Below the pieces are notes generated by a model. It saw only the letters and a list, made by a program, of their open reading frames with translations. It searched no databases and was not told the origin of the DNA. From positions 12,462,001 to 12,526,000 of the forward strand of contig JBHGNT010000010.1 of the NCBI GenBank assembly GCA_043228905.1: DNA of 64,000 bases, given 5' to 3'. A program made the position numbers and the translations under genes. Numbering within the stretch: position 1 is the first letter of the stretch; every line of letters begins with the position of its first letter. The stretch comes from Azolla caroliniana. Its lineage: Eukaryota > Plantae > Polypodiophyta. Positions 26,001-38,404 of the stretch are shown one piece after another.

Positions 26001-27953
26001 GTTTCAAAAGAAATTGGACAAAACATTAGGTTTTTCGGGACAAGAAGAAACAATATATTTAGTCGTGGTTATTTGTCAACATGGTTACAACAAATTAGTA
26101 CACCGACAATTATAGTTTGGAAAACTTCATAGAGTTTCCCAAAATACGCATAGATTGTAGAATAATGGTGAACTCTCGATCAACATTGAGTCATAGTTCT
26201 TTATTTGAAGCAAAGCTCTAGAATATTATATTAACTAATTCATGCACTGAATCAATTCTATTGTAGTCTACTTGGTTCGGTTCCTTGTTTTTTACACGAG
26301 ACTCCGGGGTACAACAATAGGCATTGGAAAAACTAGATACATCATAGATCATTATGTAATGTCCCATCGATAAAACCCGTTGAAATGATTAAATGTTAAA
26401 AACGAGAGTGTGTGAGAGTAATCCTCAGTTTCTTGTTGATGCTTGCGCAATATGTAAATATTATTTATTACTAATCTATGATTGCAATATATCTATACAC
26501 AAGATAGGAGCCATTGTAATCTAGTTGGTTAGGCACAACATTATGTTGTTCGGGACAACAAGAAGCAGTATATTTGGTTTTGGTTAATCGTCAACATTGG
26601 TGCGACAAATTAGTACACCAACCATTATAGTTTGGATATCACAATACAATTTCAAACAATACGCATAGATTGCAGACTATTGGTCAACTGTCGATGAGTA
26701 TTGCACCATGTTTCTATATTTGAAGTAAAGCACTAGAATATTACATTAACTAAATCATTTACTCAATGAATTCCATTGTAGTCTAAATGGTTCGGATCCT
26801 TGTTTAAAATGAATTCCATTGTAGTCTAGTTCGTTCATATCCTTGTTTTTTACACAAGACTCCCGGGTACAACAATAGGCATTGGAAAAACTAGATACAT
26901 TATAGATGATGAGGTAATGACGCATCGATAAAAACCATTGAAATTATTAAATATTAAAAACGAGAATGTGGTTACGACAAATTAGTACACCGACAATTAT
27001 AGTTTGGATAACTTGATAGAATTGCCAAAAATATGCATAGATTGTAGAATAATGGTGAACTCTCGATCCACATTGCACCATATTTCTTTATTTGAAGCAA
27101 AGAACTAGAATATTACATTAACTAATTCATTTACTAAATAAATTCCATTGTTGCCTAGTTGGTTCGGATCCTCATTTTTTTACGCATAGATTGCAGAATT
27201 ATGGTCAACTATCGAGAGACCCAGGTTCAACTCCCACCAATAGAAAAGACAAAATAATATATCATATTTTGTGACGCATGTCATGTGTTAAGTGTTTGAT
27301 AACTGAAAAATTGAAGACCTAAAGTAGTTGTTACAATAATGTACAATTAACAAAATAATCAATATTATGTTTGAAGGATTGATAAAGAACTATAGTTTGA
27401 TTTTTTTCTCCTAATATTAATTTCTAAACTTAATCCCATTATTCAATTAAAAGGAGAGGTGTCAAATGAAATTTGACATAACATTATGTATTTCGGGACA
27501 AGAAAAAGCAATATATTTAGTCGTGGTTATTCCTCAACATCGTTACGACAATTATAGTTTGGGTAGCTTGATACAATTTCCAAAAATACGCATAGATTGT
27601 AGAATTATAGTGAACTCTCAATGATCATTGCACCATGTTTCTTTATTTGAAGCAAGGCACTAGAATATTACATTAACTAATTCATTTACTCAATGAATTC
27701 CATTGTAGTCTAGTTGGATCAGATCCTTGTATTTTACACGAGACTCCCGGGTACATCAATAGGCATTGGGAAAACTATATACACAATAGATCATGATATA
27801 TTGTGGTATTGATAAAAACCCTTAAAATTATTAAATCTTAACAACGAGAGTGTGTTAGAATAATCCTTTGTTTCTCATTGATGCTTGTGAAATATATAAA
27901 TATTATCTATTATTACTCAATGACTGCAATATTAAAAAGTGCAAAAGATGTGA

Positions 27954-28026
27954 TCCATCATAGTCTAGTTGTTTAGGATACTCGGCTCTCACCCGAGAGA
28001 CCTGGGTTCAACTTCCGGCAATGGAA
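27954..28026 (+). pseudogene. tRNA-Glu(CUC)-derived copy
   Basis: Intact anticodon arm; acceptor 5' strand TCCATCA, D-loop GG lost. Confidence 0.72.
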
Positions 28027-31000
28027 ACGACAATATCATATATTAAATTTCCCACGCATATCATGTGCTAACTATTGGATAATTTAGAAACTCAAGATCA
28101 AGATCTAAAGTAGTTGTGACAATAATGTACAATTAACAAAATAAACAATATTATGTCTGAAGGATTGATGAGTAACTTTACCTTGATTTTTTTCTCGTAA
28201 CATCAATTTCTAAAGTTAATCCAATTATTCAATTAATGGTAGAGGTTTCAAATGAAATTGGACAAAACATTATGTTTTTGAGGATAACAAGAAGCAGTAG
28301 ATTTAGGTGGGGTTACTACACCAACAATTATAGCTTGGATAACTCGATACAATATAAAACAATACGCAGAATAATGGTCAACTGTCGACAAGCATTCCAC
28401 ATGTTTCTTTATTTGTAGCAAAGCACTAGAATAGTACATTAACTAATTCATTTGATAAATGAATTCCATTGTAATCAAGTTGCCTCGGATGCTTGCTTTT
28501 TACCCGAGACGCACGACTATAAGTAGATATATCATATATTATGAGTTAATGTGGCATCGATAAAAACCCTTGAAATTATTAAATCTTAAAACCGAGAGTG
28601 TGTTAGAATAATCCTCAGTTTTTCGTTGATGGTTGCGAAAAATATTTATATTATTTTTTTCTAATCAATGATTGCAATAATAGAAAGTAGAGAAGATGTA
28701 ATCCATTGTAGTCTAGTTGGTTAGAATACTCCGCTCCTACCCAAGAGAACCGGCTTAATCTCCCATCAATGGATACATCATAGCTCATGAGTTAATTTGG
28801 CATCGATAGAAATCCGTGAAATTATTAAATCTTAAAAACGAGACTGTGTTAGAATAATCCTGTGTTTCTCGTAGATGCTTGCACAATATATAATTTTTTT
28901 TTTTTTTTTTCTTCTAACATGAATTTCTAAACTTAGTCCCATTATTCAATTAATGGTACACCTTTCAAATGAAATTTGAGAAAACATTATGTTGTTCGAT
29001 ATAACAAGAAGAAGTATATTTAGTTCTGGTTATTCCACAACTTTTTTACAACAAATTATTTCTTTATTTCTAACAAAGGACTAAAAGTAAATATATCCTA
29101 TATCATGAGTTAATATGGCATCGATAAAAACCCATGAAATTATTAAATCTTAAAAACGACAGTGTGTTAGAATAATCATTATTTTTTCGTTGATACCTGC
29201 GAAATATATAAATATTATTAATTTCTAATCAATGATAAAAAGATTAAAAAGCACACAAGATCTGATCTACGATAGTCTAGTTGGTTAGGATACTCGGCCC
29301 TCACTTGAGAGACCCAGGTTCAACTCCCGGCAATGGAAACGATAATATCATATATTAAATTTCTGATGCATATCAGGTGTTAACTCTTTGATAACTCAAA
29401 AACTGAAGTCCTAAAGTAGGTGTTACAATAATGTACAATTAACAAAATAATCAATTTTATGTTTCAACGATTGATGACGAACTTTACTTTGATTTTCTTC
29501 TCCTAACATCAATTTCTAAACTTCATTCCATTATTCGATTAATGGTAGAGGTTTCAAAAGAAATTGGACAAAATATTATGTTGTTCGGGACAACAAGAAG
29601 AAGAAAATATTATGTGGTTACTCCTCAACATTATTACGATAAATTAGTACACCAACAATTATAGTTTAGATAACTTGATTCAATTTCAAACAATATGCAT
29701 AGATTGCAGAATAATGTTCAACTGTCGACAAGCATGATACCATTTTTCTTTATTTGTAGCATAGCACTAGAATAGTACATTCACTAACTCATTTACTAAA
29801 TGAATTCCATTGTAATCAAGTTGCCTCGAATCGTTGATTTTTACCCGAGACGCGTGGGTACAAGTACAGGCATAGGAAAAACTAGACACATCATAGCTCA
29901 TGAGTTAGTTTGGCATCGATAAAAACCAATGAACTTATTAAATCTTAAAATCGAGAGTGTGTTAGAATAATCCTCAGTTGCTCGTTGATGCTTGCGCAAT
30001 ATATAAATATTATTTATTACTAATATAAATAATGTACAATTAACAAAATAATCATTATTATGTTTGAAGGATTGATGACAAACTTTGCTTTCATTTTTTC
30101 CTCCTAACATCAGTTTCTCCTAAACTTAATCCCATTATTTAATTGCACCAAACTTTATGTTTTTCGGGAAAACAAGAAGCAGTACATCCAGTTGTGGTTA
30201 TTCCTAAACATTGTTACGATAAATTAGTAAACCAACAAGTATAATTTTGATAATTTGATACAATTTCAAAAAATACTCATAGATTGCAAAATACTGGTCA
30301 ACTGTCGACAAGCATTGCACCATGTTTCTTTATTTGTAGCAAAGCACTAGAATAGTACATTAACTAATTCATTTACTCAATGAATTCCATTCTAATCAAG
30401 TTGCCTCGACTCATTCATTTTCACCCAAGATGCGCGGGTACAAGCACAGGCATAGGAAAAACTAGATACATCATAGATCATTAGTTAATTTGGCATCGAT
30501 AAAAACCCGTAAAATTATTAAATCTTAAAAACCAGAGTGTGGTAGAATAATCCTCTGTTTCTTGTTGATGCTTCCGCAATATATAAATATTATTTATTAC
30601 TAATCAATGATTGCAATATAAAAAAGTGCACAAGATGTGATCCATTGTAGTCTAGTTGGTTAGAATGCTTGGCTCTCATACGAGAGACCCAGGTTCAACT
30701 CCTGGGAATAGATTGCACCAACAATTATAGTTTGGATAACTTGATACAATTTCAAACAATACACGTAGATTGCAAAATAATGGTCAACAGTAGTAAAGCA
30801 CTCGAATATTACATTAACTAATTCATTTATTAAATGAATTCCACTATAATCTAGTTCGTTCAGATACTTGTTTTTTACATGAGACTCCCGGGTACAACAA
30901 TTGGCATGGGAAAAACTAAATACATCATAGATCATGAGTTTACACAAGACTCTCAGGTACAACATTATGTTGTTTGGGAAAACAAGAAGCGGTAGATTTG

Positions 31001-32689
31001 GTTGTGGTTATTCCTGAACATTGTTATGACAAATTAGTACAGCAACAATTATACTTTGGATCACTTGATACAATTTCAAACAATACGCATAGATTGTAGA
31101 ATAATGGTCAATTGTCGATGACTATTGCACTATGTTTCTTTATTTGTAACAAAGGACTAGAGTGGTACATTAACTAATTCATTAACAAAGGACTAGAATG
31201 GTACATTGTAATCAAGTTGCCTCGGATCCTTACTTTTTACCTGGGACGCCCGGCTACAAGTAGATATATCATATATCATGAGTTAATGTGGCATCGATAA
31301 AAACCGTTGAAATTGTTAAATCCTAAAAACGATACTGTGTTAGAATAATCCTCAGTTTTTCATTGATGCTTGCACAATATATAAATATTATTTATTTCTA
31401 ATCAATTATTGCAATATTAAAAAGCATACAAGCTGTGATACATTGTACTCTAGTTGGTTAGGATGCTCGGCTCTCACTCGAGAGACCCGTGTTGAAATCC
31501 CGGCAATGGAAAAGACAATATCATATATCAAATGTTGCGACACATGTCATGTGTGTACTGTTTGATAACTCAAAAAGTCAACCCCTAAAGTAGTTCTTAA
31601 AATAATGTACAATTAACAAAATAATTAATATTATGTTTGAAGGATTGACAAAGAACTTTACTTTAATTTTTTTCTCCTAACATCAATTTCTAAACTTAAT
31701 CCCATTATTCGATTAATGGTAGAGGTTTCGAATGAAATTGGACCAAACATTATGTTGTTCGGGAAAACAAGAAGCAATATATTCAGTTGTGGTTATTCCT
31801 CAACATTGTTACGATAAATCAGTACACCAGCAATTATAGTTTTGATAACTTGATACAATTTCAAAAAATACACATAGATTGCAAAATACTGGTCAATTGT
31901 CGACAAGCATTGCAGTATGTTTCTTTATTTGTAGCAAAGCACTAGAATAGTACATTAACTAATTCATTTACTCAATGAATTCCATTCTAATCAAGTTGCC
32001 TCGACTCGTTCATTTTTGCCCGAGATGCGCGGGTACAACCACATGCATAGGACAAACTAGATACATCATAGATCATGAGTTAATTTGTCATCGATAAAAA
32101 CCCGTCAAATTATTAAATCTTAAAAACGAGAGTGTGTTAGAATAATCTTCTGTTTCTTGTCGATGCTTGCGCAAAATATGAATATTCTTCATTACTAATC
32201 AATGATTGCAATATTAAAAAGTGCACAAGATGTGATCCATTCTAGTCTAGTTGGTTAGAATGCTTGGCTCTCACATGACAGACCCGGGTTCAACTCCTAG
32301 GAATAGATTGCACCAACAATTATAGCTTGGATAACTTGATACAATTTCAAACAATACGCATTGATAGCAGAATAATGGCCAAATGTAGTAAAGCACTCGA
32401 ATATTACATTAACTAATTGATTTACTAAATGAATTCCACTATAGTCTACTTTGTTCAGATACTTGTTTTTTACACGAGACTCCCGGGTACAACAATTGGC
32501 ATGGGAAAAACTAAATACATCATAGATCATGACTTAATATCTCATCGATAAAAACCCTTGAAATTATTAAATCTTAAAAACGAGAGTGTGTTAAAATAAT
32601 CCTCAGTTTCTCGTTAATATTTGCGCAATATATAAATATTACATATTACTAATCAATGATTGCAATATTAAAAAGTACACTAGATATGA

Positions 32690-32762
32690 TCCATTGTAGT
32701 CTAGTTGGTTAGGATACTTGGCTTTCACCCGAGAGACCGGGGTTTAACAACCGGAAATGGAA
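32690..32762 (+). pseudogene. tRNA-Glu-derived copy with anticodon TTC
   Basis: CTTGG CTTTCAC CCGAG; T arm damaged (GGTTTAACAA). Confidence 0.7.
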
Positions 32763-34349
32763 ATGACAATATCATATATAAAATTTCCGACGTATATCAT
32801 GTGTTAATTGTTTGATAACTTCCGGGTACAACAATAGGCATTGGAAAAACTAGAGACATCATAGATCATGAGGTAATGTCGCATCGATAAAAACTTTTCA
32901 AATTATTAAATCTTAAAAATGACAGTGTGTTAGAATAATCCTCAGTTTCTCGTTGATGCTTGCCCAATATATCAATATCACTTATTACTAATGTATGGTT
33001 GCAATATATCTATACATAAGATAGGATCCATTGTAGTCTAGTTGGTGAAGATACTCGGCTTTCTCTTGAGAGACCCGTGTTCAACTCCCGGCAATGGAAA
33101 CGACAATATCATATTATAAATTTCCAACGCATATCATGTGTTTGAAGGATTGATGACAAATTTAGTTTGGTTTTTATAGTTTCGATAACTTGATAGAATT
33201 TCCAAAGATACGCATAGATTGTAGAATAATGCTGAACTCTCGATCAACATTGCACCATAGTTCTTTATTTGAAGAAAAGCACTAGAATATTACATTAACT
33301 AATTCATTTATTAAATTAATTCCATTGTAGTCTAGTTGGTTGGGATACTTGTTTTTTACACGAGATTGCCAGGTACAACATTATGTTGTTCAGGAAAACA
33401 AGAAGCGGTAGATTTGGTTGTGGTTATTCTTGAACATCGATAGTTTCGATCGCTTGATAAAATTTCAAACAATACGCATAGATTGGAGAATAATGGTCAA
33501 TTGTCGATCACTATTGCACTATGTTTCTTTATTTGTAACAGAGGACTAGAATGGTACATTAAGTAATTCATTAACAAAGGACTAGAATGGTACATTATAA
33601 TCAAGTTGCCTCGGATGCTTACTTTTTACCTGGGACACCCGACTACAAGTAGATATATCATATATCATGAGTTAATGTGGCATCGATAAAAATCCTTGAA
33701 ATTATTAAATCCTAAAAACGATAGTGTGTTAGAATAATCCTCAGTTTTTCATTGATGCTTGCGCAATATATAAATATTATTTATTTCTAATCAATTATAG
33801 CAATATTGAAAAGCATAAAAGATGTGATCCATTGTAGTCTAGTTGGTTAGGATGATCGCATCTCACCCGAGAGACCCGTGTTCAACTCCAGGTAATGGAA
33901 AAGACAATACCATATATCAAATTTTGTGATGCATGTCATGTGTGTACTGCTTGATAACTCAAAAACTCAAGCCCTAAAGTAGTTCATACAATAATGTAGA
34001 ATTAACAAAATAATTAATATTATGTTTGAAGGATTGACAAAGAACTTTACTTTAATTTCTAAACTTAATCCCATTATTCGATTAATGGTAGAGGTTTCGA
34101 ATGAAATTGAACCAAACATTATGTTGTTCGGGAGAACAAGAAACAGTATATTTAGTTGTGGTTATTCATGAACATTGTTACGATAAATTAGTACACCAAC
34201 AATTATAGTTTGTATAACTTGATACAATTTTAAGCCATACGCATAGATTGCAAAATAATGGTCAACTGTCGACAAGCATTGCAGCATGTTTCTTTTTTTG
34301 TAGCAAAGCACTAGAATAGTACATTAACTAATTAATTTATTAAATCAAT

Positions 34350-34422
34350 TCCATTGTAGTCTAGTTGGTTCGGATCCTTGTTTTTTACACGAGACTCCCG
34401 GGTACAACAATAGGCATTGGGA
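34350..34422 (+). pseudogene. representative module B (diverged tRNA-Glu copy)
   Basis: TCCATTG TA GTCT AGTTGGTTC GGAT C CTTGT TTTTTAC ACGAG ACTC CCGGG TACAACA ATAGG CATTGGG A: colinear with A over 73 nt, B-box lost. Confidence 0.75.
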
Positions 34423-34604
34423 AAACTAGATACATCATAGATCATGAGGTAATGTGACATCGACAAAAACCCTTGAAATTATTAAATCTTAAAAACGAGA
34501 GTGGGTTATAATAATCTTCAGTTTCTTGTTGATGGTTGCGCAATAAATAAATATTATTTATTACCAATCAATGATTGCAATATTAAAAAGTGCACAGGAT
34601 GTTA

Positions 34605-34677
34605 TCCATTGTAGTCTAGTTGGTTAGAATACTCGGCTCTCACACGAGAGACCTGGGTTCAACTCCCGGGAATAGAC
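34605..34677 (+). pseudogene. tRNA-Glu(CUC)-derived copy
   Basis: A and B boxes present; mismatches in acceptor and anticodon stems. Confidence 0.7.
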
Positions 34678-37613
34678 AGGACAATATCATATATTAAATT
34701 TTGCAACGCATCTTATGTGTTAACAGTTTGATAACTCAAAAATTTAAGACCTAAAGTAGTTACAATTATGTACAATTAACAAAATAATCAATATTACGTT
34801 TGGTGGATTGATAAAGAATTTTAGTTTGATTGTTTTTCCTAACGTCAATTTCTAAATTAAAGCCCCTTATTCAATTAATACTAGTGGTTTCAAATGAAAT
34901 TTGACGAAAAATTATGTTGTTTGGGACAAGAAGAACCAGTAGATTTAGTTGTGGTTATTCCTCAACATTGTTATCACAAATTAGTACACCAAGAATTATA
35001 GTTTGGATAACTTGATACAATTTCAAACAATACGCATAGATTGCAAAATAATGGTCAAATGTTGACTAGCATTGCACCATGTTTCTTTCTTTGTAGCAAA
35101 GCACTTGAATAGTACATTAACTAATTCATTTAGTCAATGAATTCCATTTTAATCAAGTTGCCTCGAATCGTTGATTTTTGTTGGAGACGCGTGGGTACAA
35201 GCACAGGTATAGGAAAAATTAGATAAAAACCCTTGAAACTAGTAAATCTTAGAAACAAGAGTGTGTTAAAATAATCCTCAGTTTTTCGTTGATGCTTGCA
35301 CAAAATATAAATACTATTTATTTCCAATCAATGATTGTAATATTACAAAGCACACAAAATATGATCCATTGTACTCTAGTTGGTTAAGATACTCAACTCT
35401 AGGCCGAGAGACCCGAGTTCAACTACCGGCAATGGAAACGACAATATGATATATTAAATTTCCGACGCATATCATGTCTTAACTGTTTGATAACTCAATA
35501 ACTCAAGACCTAAAGTAGGTGTTACAATAATGTACAGTTAACAAAATAATCAATATTATGTTTGAAGGATTGATAAAGAACTTTACTTTGATTTTCTCCT
35601 CCTAACACCAATTTCTAAACTTTATCCCATTATTCGATTGTAATCACTTGGCCTCGAATCGTTGATTTTTACCCAAGACGCGCGGTTACAAGCACAAGCC
35701 TAGGAAAAACTAGATACATCATACATGATGAGTTAACTTGGCACCGATAAAAACGCGTGAAATTATTAAATCTTAAAAACGAGAGTGTGCTAGAATAATC
35801 CTCTGTTTCTTGTTGATGATTGCGCAATATATAAATATTATTTATTACTAATTAATGATTGCAATTTTAAAAAGTGTACAATATGTGATCCATTGAAGTC
35901 TAGTTGGCTAGAATTCTCGGCTCTCACTTGAGAGACCCGGGTTCAACTCCCGGCAATGAAAACGACAATATCATATATTAAATTTCCGAGGTATATCTTG
36001 TGTTAACTGTTTGATAACTTAAAAACTCAAGACCTAAAGTAGATGTTACAATAATGTACAATTAATAAAATAAACAATATTATGTTTGAAGGATTGATGA
36101 CGAACATTGCTTTCCTTTTTTTCTCTTACTGACATGGCACCATATTTCTTTATTTGAACCAAAGCACTCGAATATTACATTGACTTATTGATTTACTAAA
36201 TAAATTCCATTGTAGTCTAGATTGCAGAACAATGGTCAACTGTCGAGACACCCGGGTTCAACTCCCACCAATAGAAAAGACAATATCATATATCATATTT
36301 CGCGACAGCATGTCATGTGCTCGATAACTCAAAAACTGAAGACCTAACATTATGTTGTTCTGGATAACAAGATGCAGTATATTTAGTTCTGGTTATCCAC
36401 AACATTGTTACGACAAATTAGTACACCTACAATTATAGTTTCGATAATTCGATAGAATTTCAAACAATACGCATAGATTGCAGAGTAATGGTCAATTGTC
36501 GATGGGTATTTGCACCATGTTTCTTTATTTTTAACAAAGGACTAAAATGGTACATTAACTAAGTCATTTACTAAATGAACACCATTGTAGTCAAGTTGCC
36601 TCGAATCCTTGCTTTTTACCTGAGACACTGGGGTACAAGTAGATATATCCTATATCATGAGTTAATATGGCATTGATAAAAACCCTTGAAATTATTAAAT
36701 CTTAAAAACGAGAGTGTGTTAGAAAAAACCTCTGTTTCTTGTTGATGCTTGTGCAATATATAAATATTATTTATTTCTAATCAATGATAGCAAGATTAAA
36801 AAGCACACAAGCTGTGATCCACGATAGTCTAGTTGGTTAGGATACTCGGCCCTCATGTGAGAGACCCGGGTACAACTCCCGGCAATGGAAACGACAATAT
36901 CCTATATTAAATTTCCGACGCATATAAGGTGGTAATTGTTTGATAACTAAAAAAATCCAGTCCTAAAGTAGGTGTTACAATAATGTACGACTAACAAAAT
37001 AAAGAATTTTATGTTTCAACGATTGATAACGAACTTTACTTTGATTTTCATCTCCTAACATCAATTTCTAAACTTAATTCCATTATTCGATTAATGGTAG
37101 AGGTTTCGAATGAAATTGGACAAAATAATATGTTGTTCGGGACAACAAGAAAAAGTATATTTAGTTGTGGTTATTCCTCAACATTGTTACGATAAATTAG
37201 TACACCAAGATTTATATTTTAGATAACTTGATACAATTTCAAACAATACGCTTAGATTGCATAATAATGTTTAACTATCGACAAGCATTGCACCATTTTT
37301 TTTTATTTGGAGCATGGCACTAGAATAGTGCATTAACTAACTCATTTACTAAATCAATTCCTATGTAATCGAGATGCCTGGAATCGTTGATTTTTACCCG
37401 AGACACGTGGGTACAAGTACAGGAATAGGAAAAACTAGATACATCATAGCTCATGAGCTAATTTGGCATCGATAAAAACCGGTGAGCTTATTAAATCTTA
37501 AAAACGAGAGTGTGTTACAATAATCCTCTGTTTCTTGTTGATGCTTGCGCAACATATAAATATTATTTATCACTAATCAATGATTGCAATATTAAAAAGT
37601 GTACCAGATGTGA

Positions 37614-37686
37614 TCCATGGAAGTCTAGTTGGTTAGAATACTCGGCTCTCACCCGAGAGACACGGGTTTAACTCCCGGCAATGAAA
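37614..37686 (+). pseudogene. tRNA-Glu(CUC)-derived copy
   Basis: Intact anticodon arm; B box GGTTTAA, T8 lost. Confidence 0.7.
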
Positions 37687-38331
37687 ACGACAATATCATA
37701 TATTAAATTTCCAAGGCATATCTTGTGTTAACTGTTTGACAACTCAAAAACTCAAGACCTCAAGTAGATGTTACAATAATGTACAATTAACAAAATAATC
37801 AATATTATGTTTGGAGGATTGATGACGAACATTGCTTTCTTTTTTTTCTCCTAACATCAATTTCTAAACTTAATCCCATTATTCAATTAATAGTAGAGGT
37901 TTCAAATAAAATTTGACAAAATATTATTATGTTCGGGACAAGAAGAAGCAATATATTTAGTTGTGGTTATTTCTCAACATTATCATGGTGAATTCTCGAT
38001 GAGCATTGCACAATGTTTCTTGATTTGAAGTAATGCACTAGACTATTATATTAACTAATTCATTTACTAAAAGAATTCCAGTATAGTCTAGTTGGTTTGG
38101 ATCCTTCTTTTTTAGACGAGACTCCCGGGTACAACAATTGGCATGGGAAAAACTAGATACATCATAGATCATGAGTTAATATCGCATCGATAAAAACACT
38201 TGAAATTATTAAATCTTAAAAACGAGAGTGTGTTAGAATAATCCTCAGTTTCTCGTTGATGCTTACGCAACATATAAATATTATTTATTACTATTCTATG
38301 ATTGCAATATTAAGAAGTAGAGAAGATAGGA

Positions 38332-38404
38332 TTCATTGTAGTATAGGTGGTTAGGATACTCGGCTTTCACCCGAGAGACCCGGGTTCAACTACCGGCAAT
38401 GGAA
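38332..38404 (+). pseudogene. tRNA-Glu-derived copy with anticodon TTC
   Basis: CTCGG CTTTCAC CCGAG, GGTTCAA; D-stem and T-stem mismatches. Confidence 0.68.

Noticed and set aside
35365-35437. Amber suppressor tRNA (anticodon CTA)
   Set aside because: Anticodon stem CTCAA/CCGAG has two mismatches, and D and T stems are damaged
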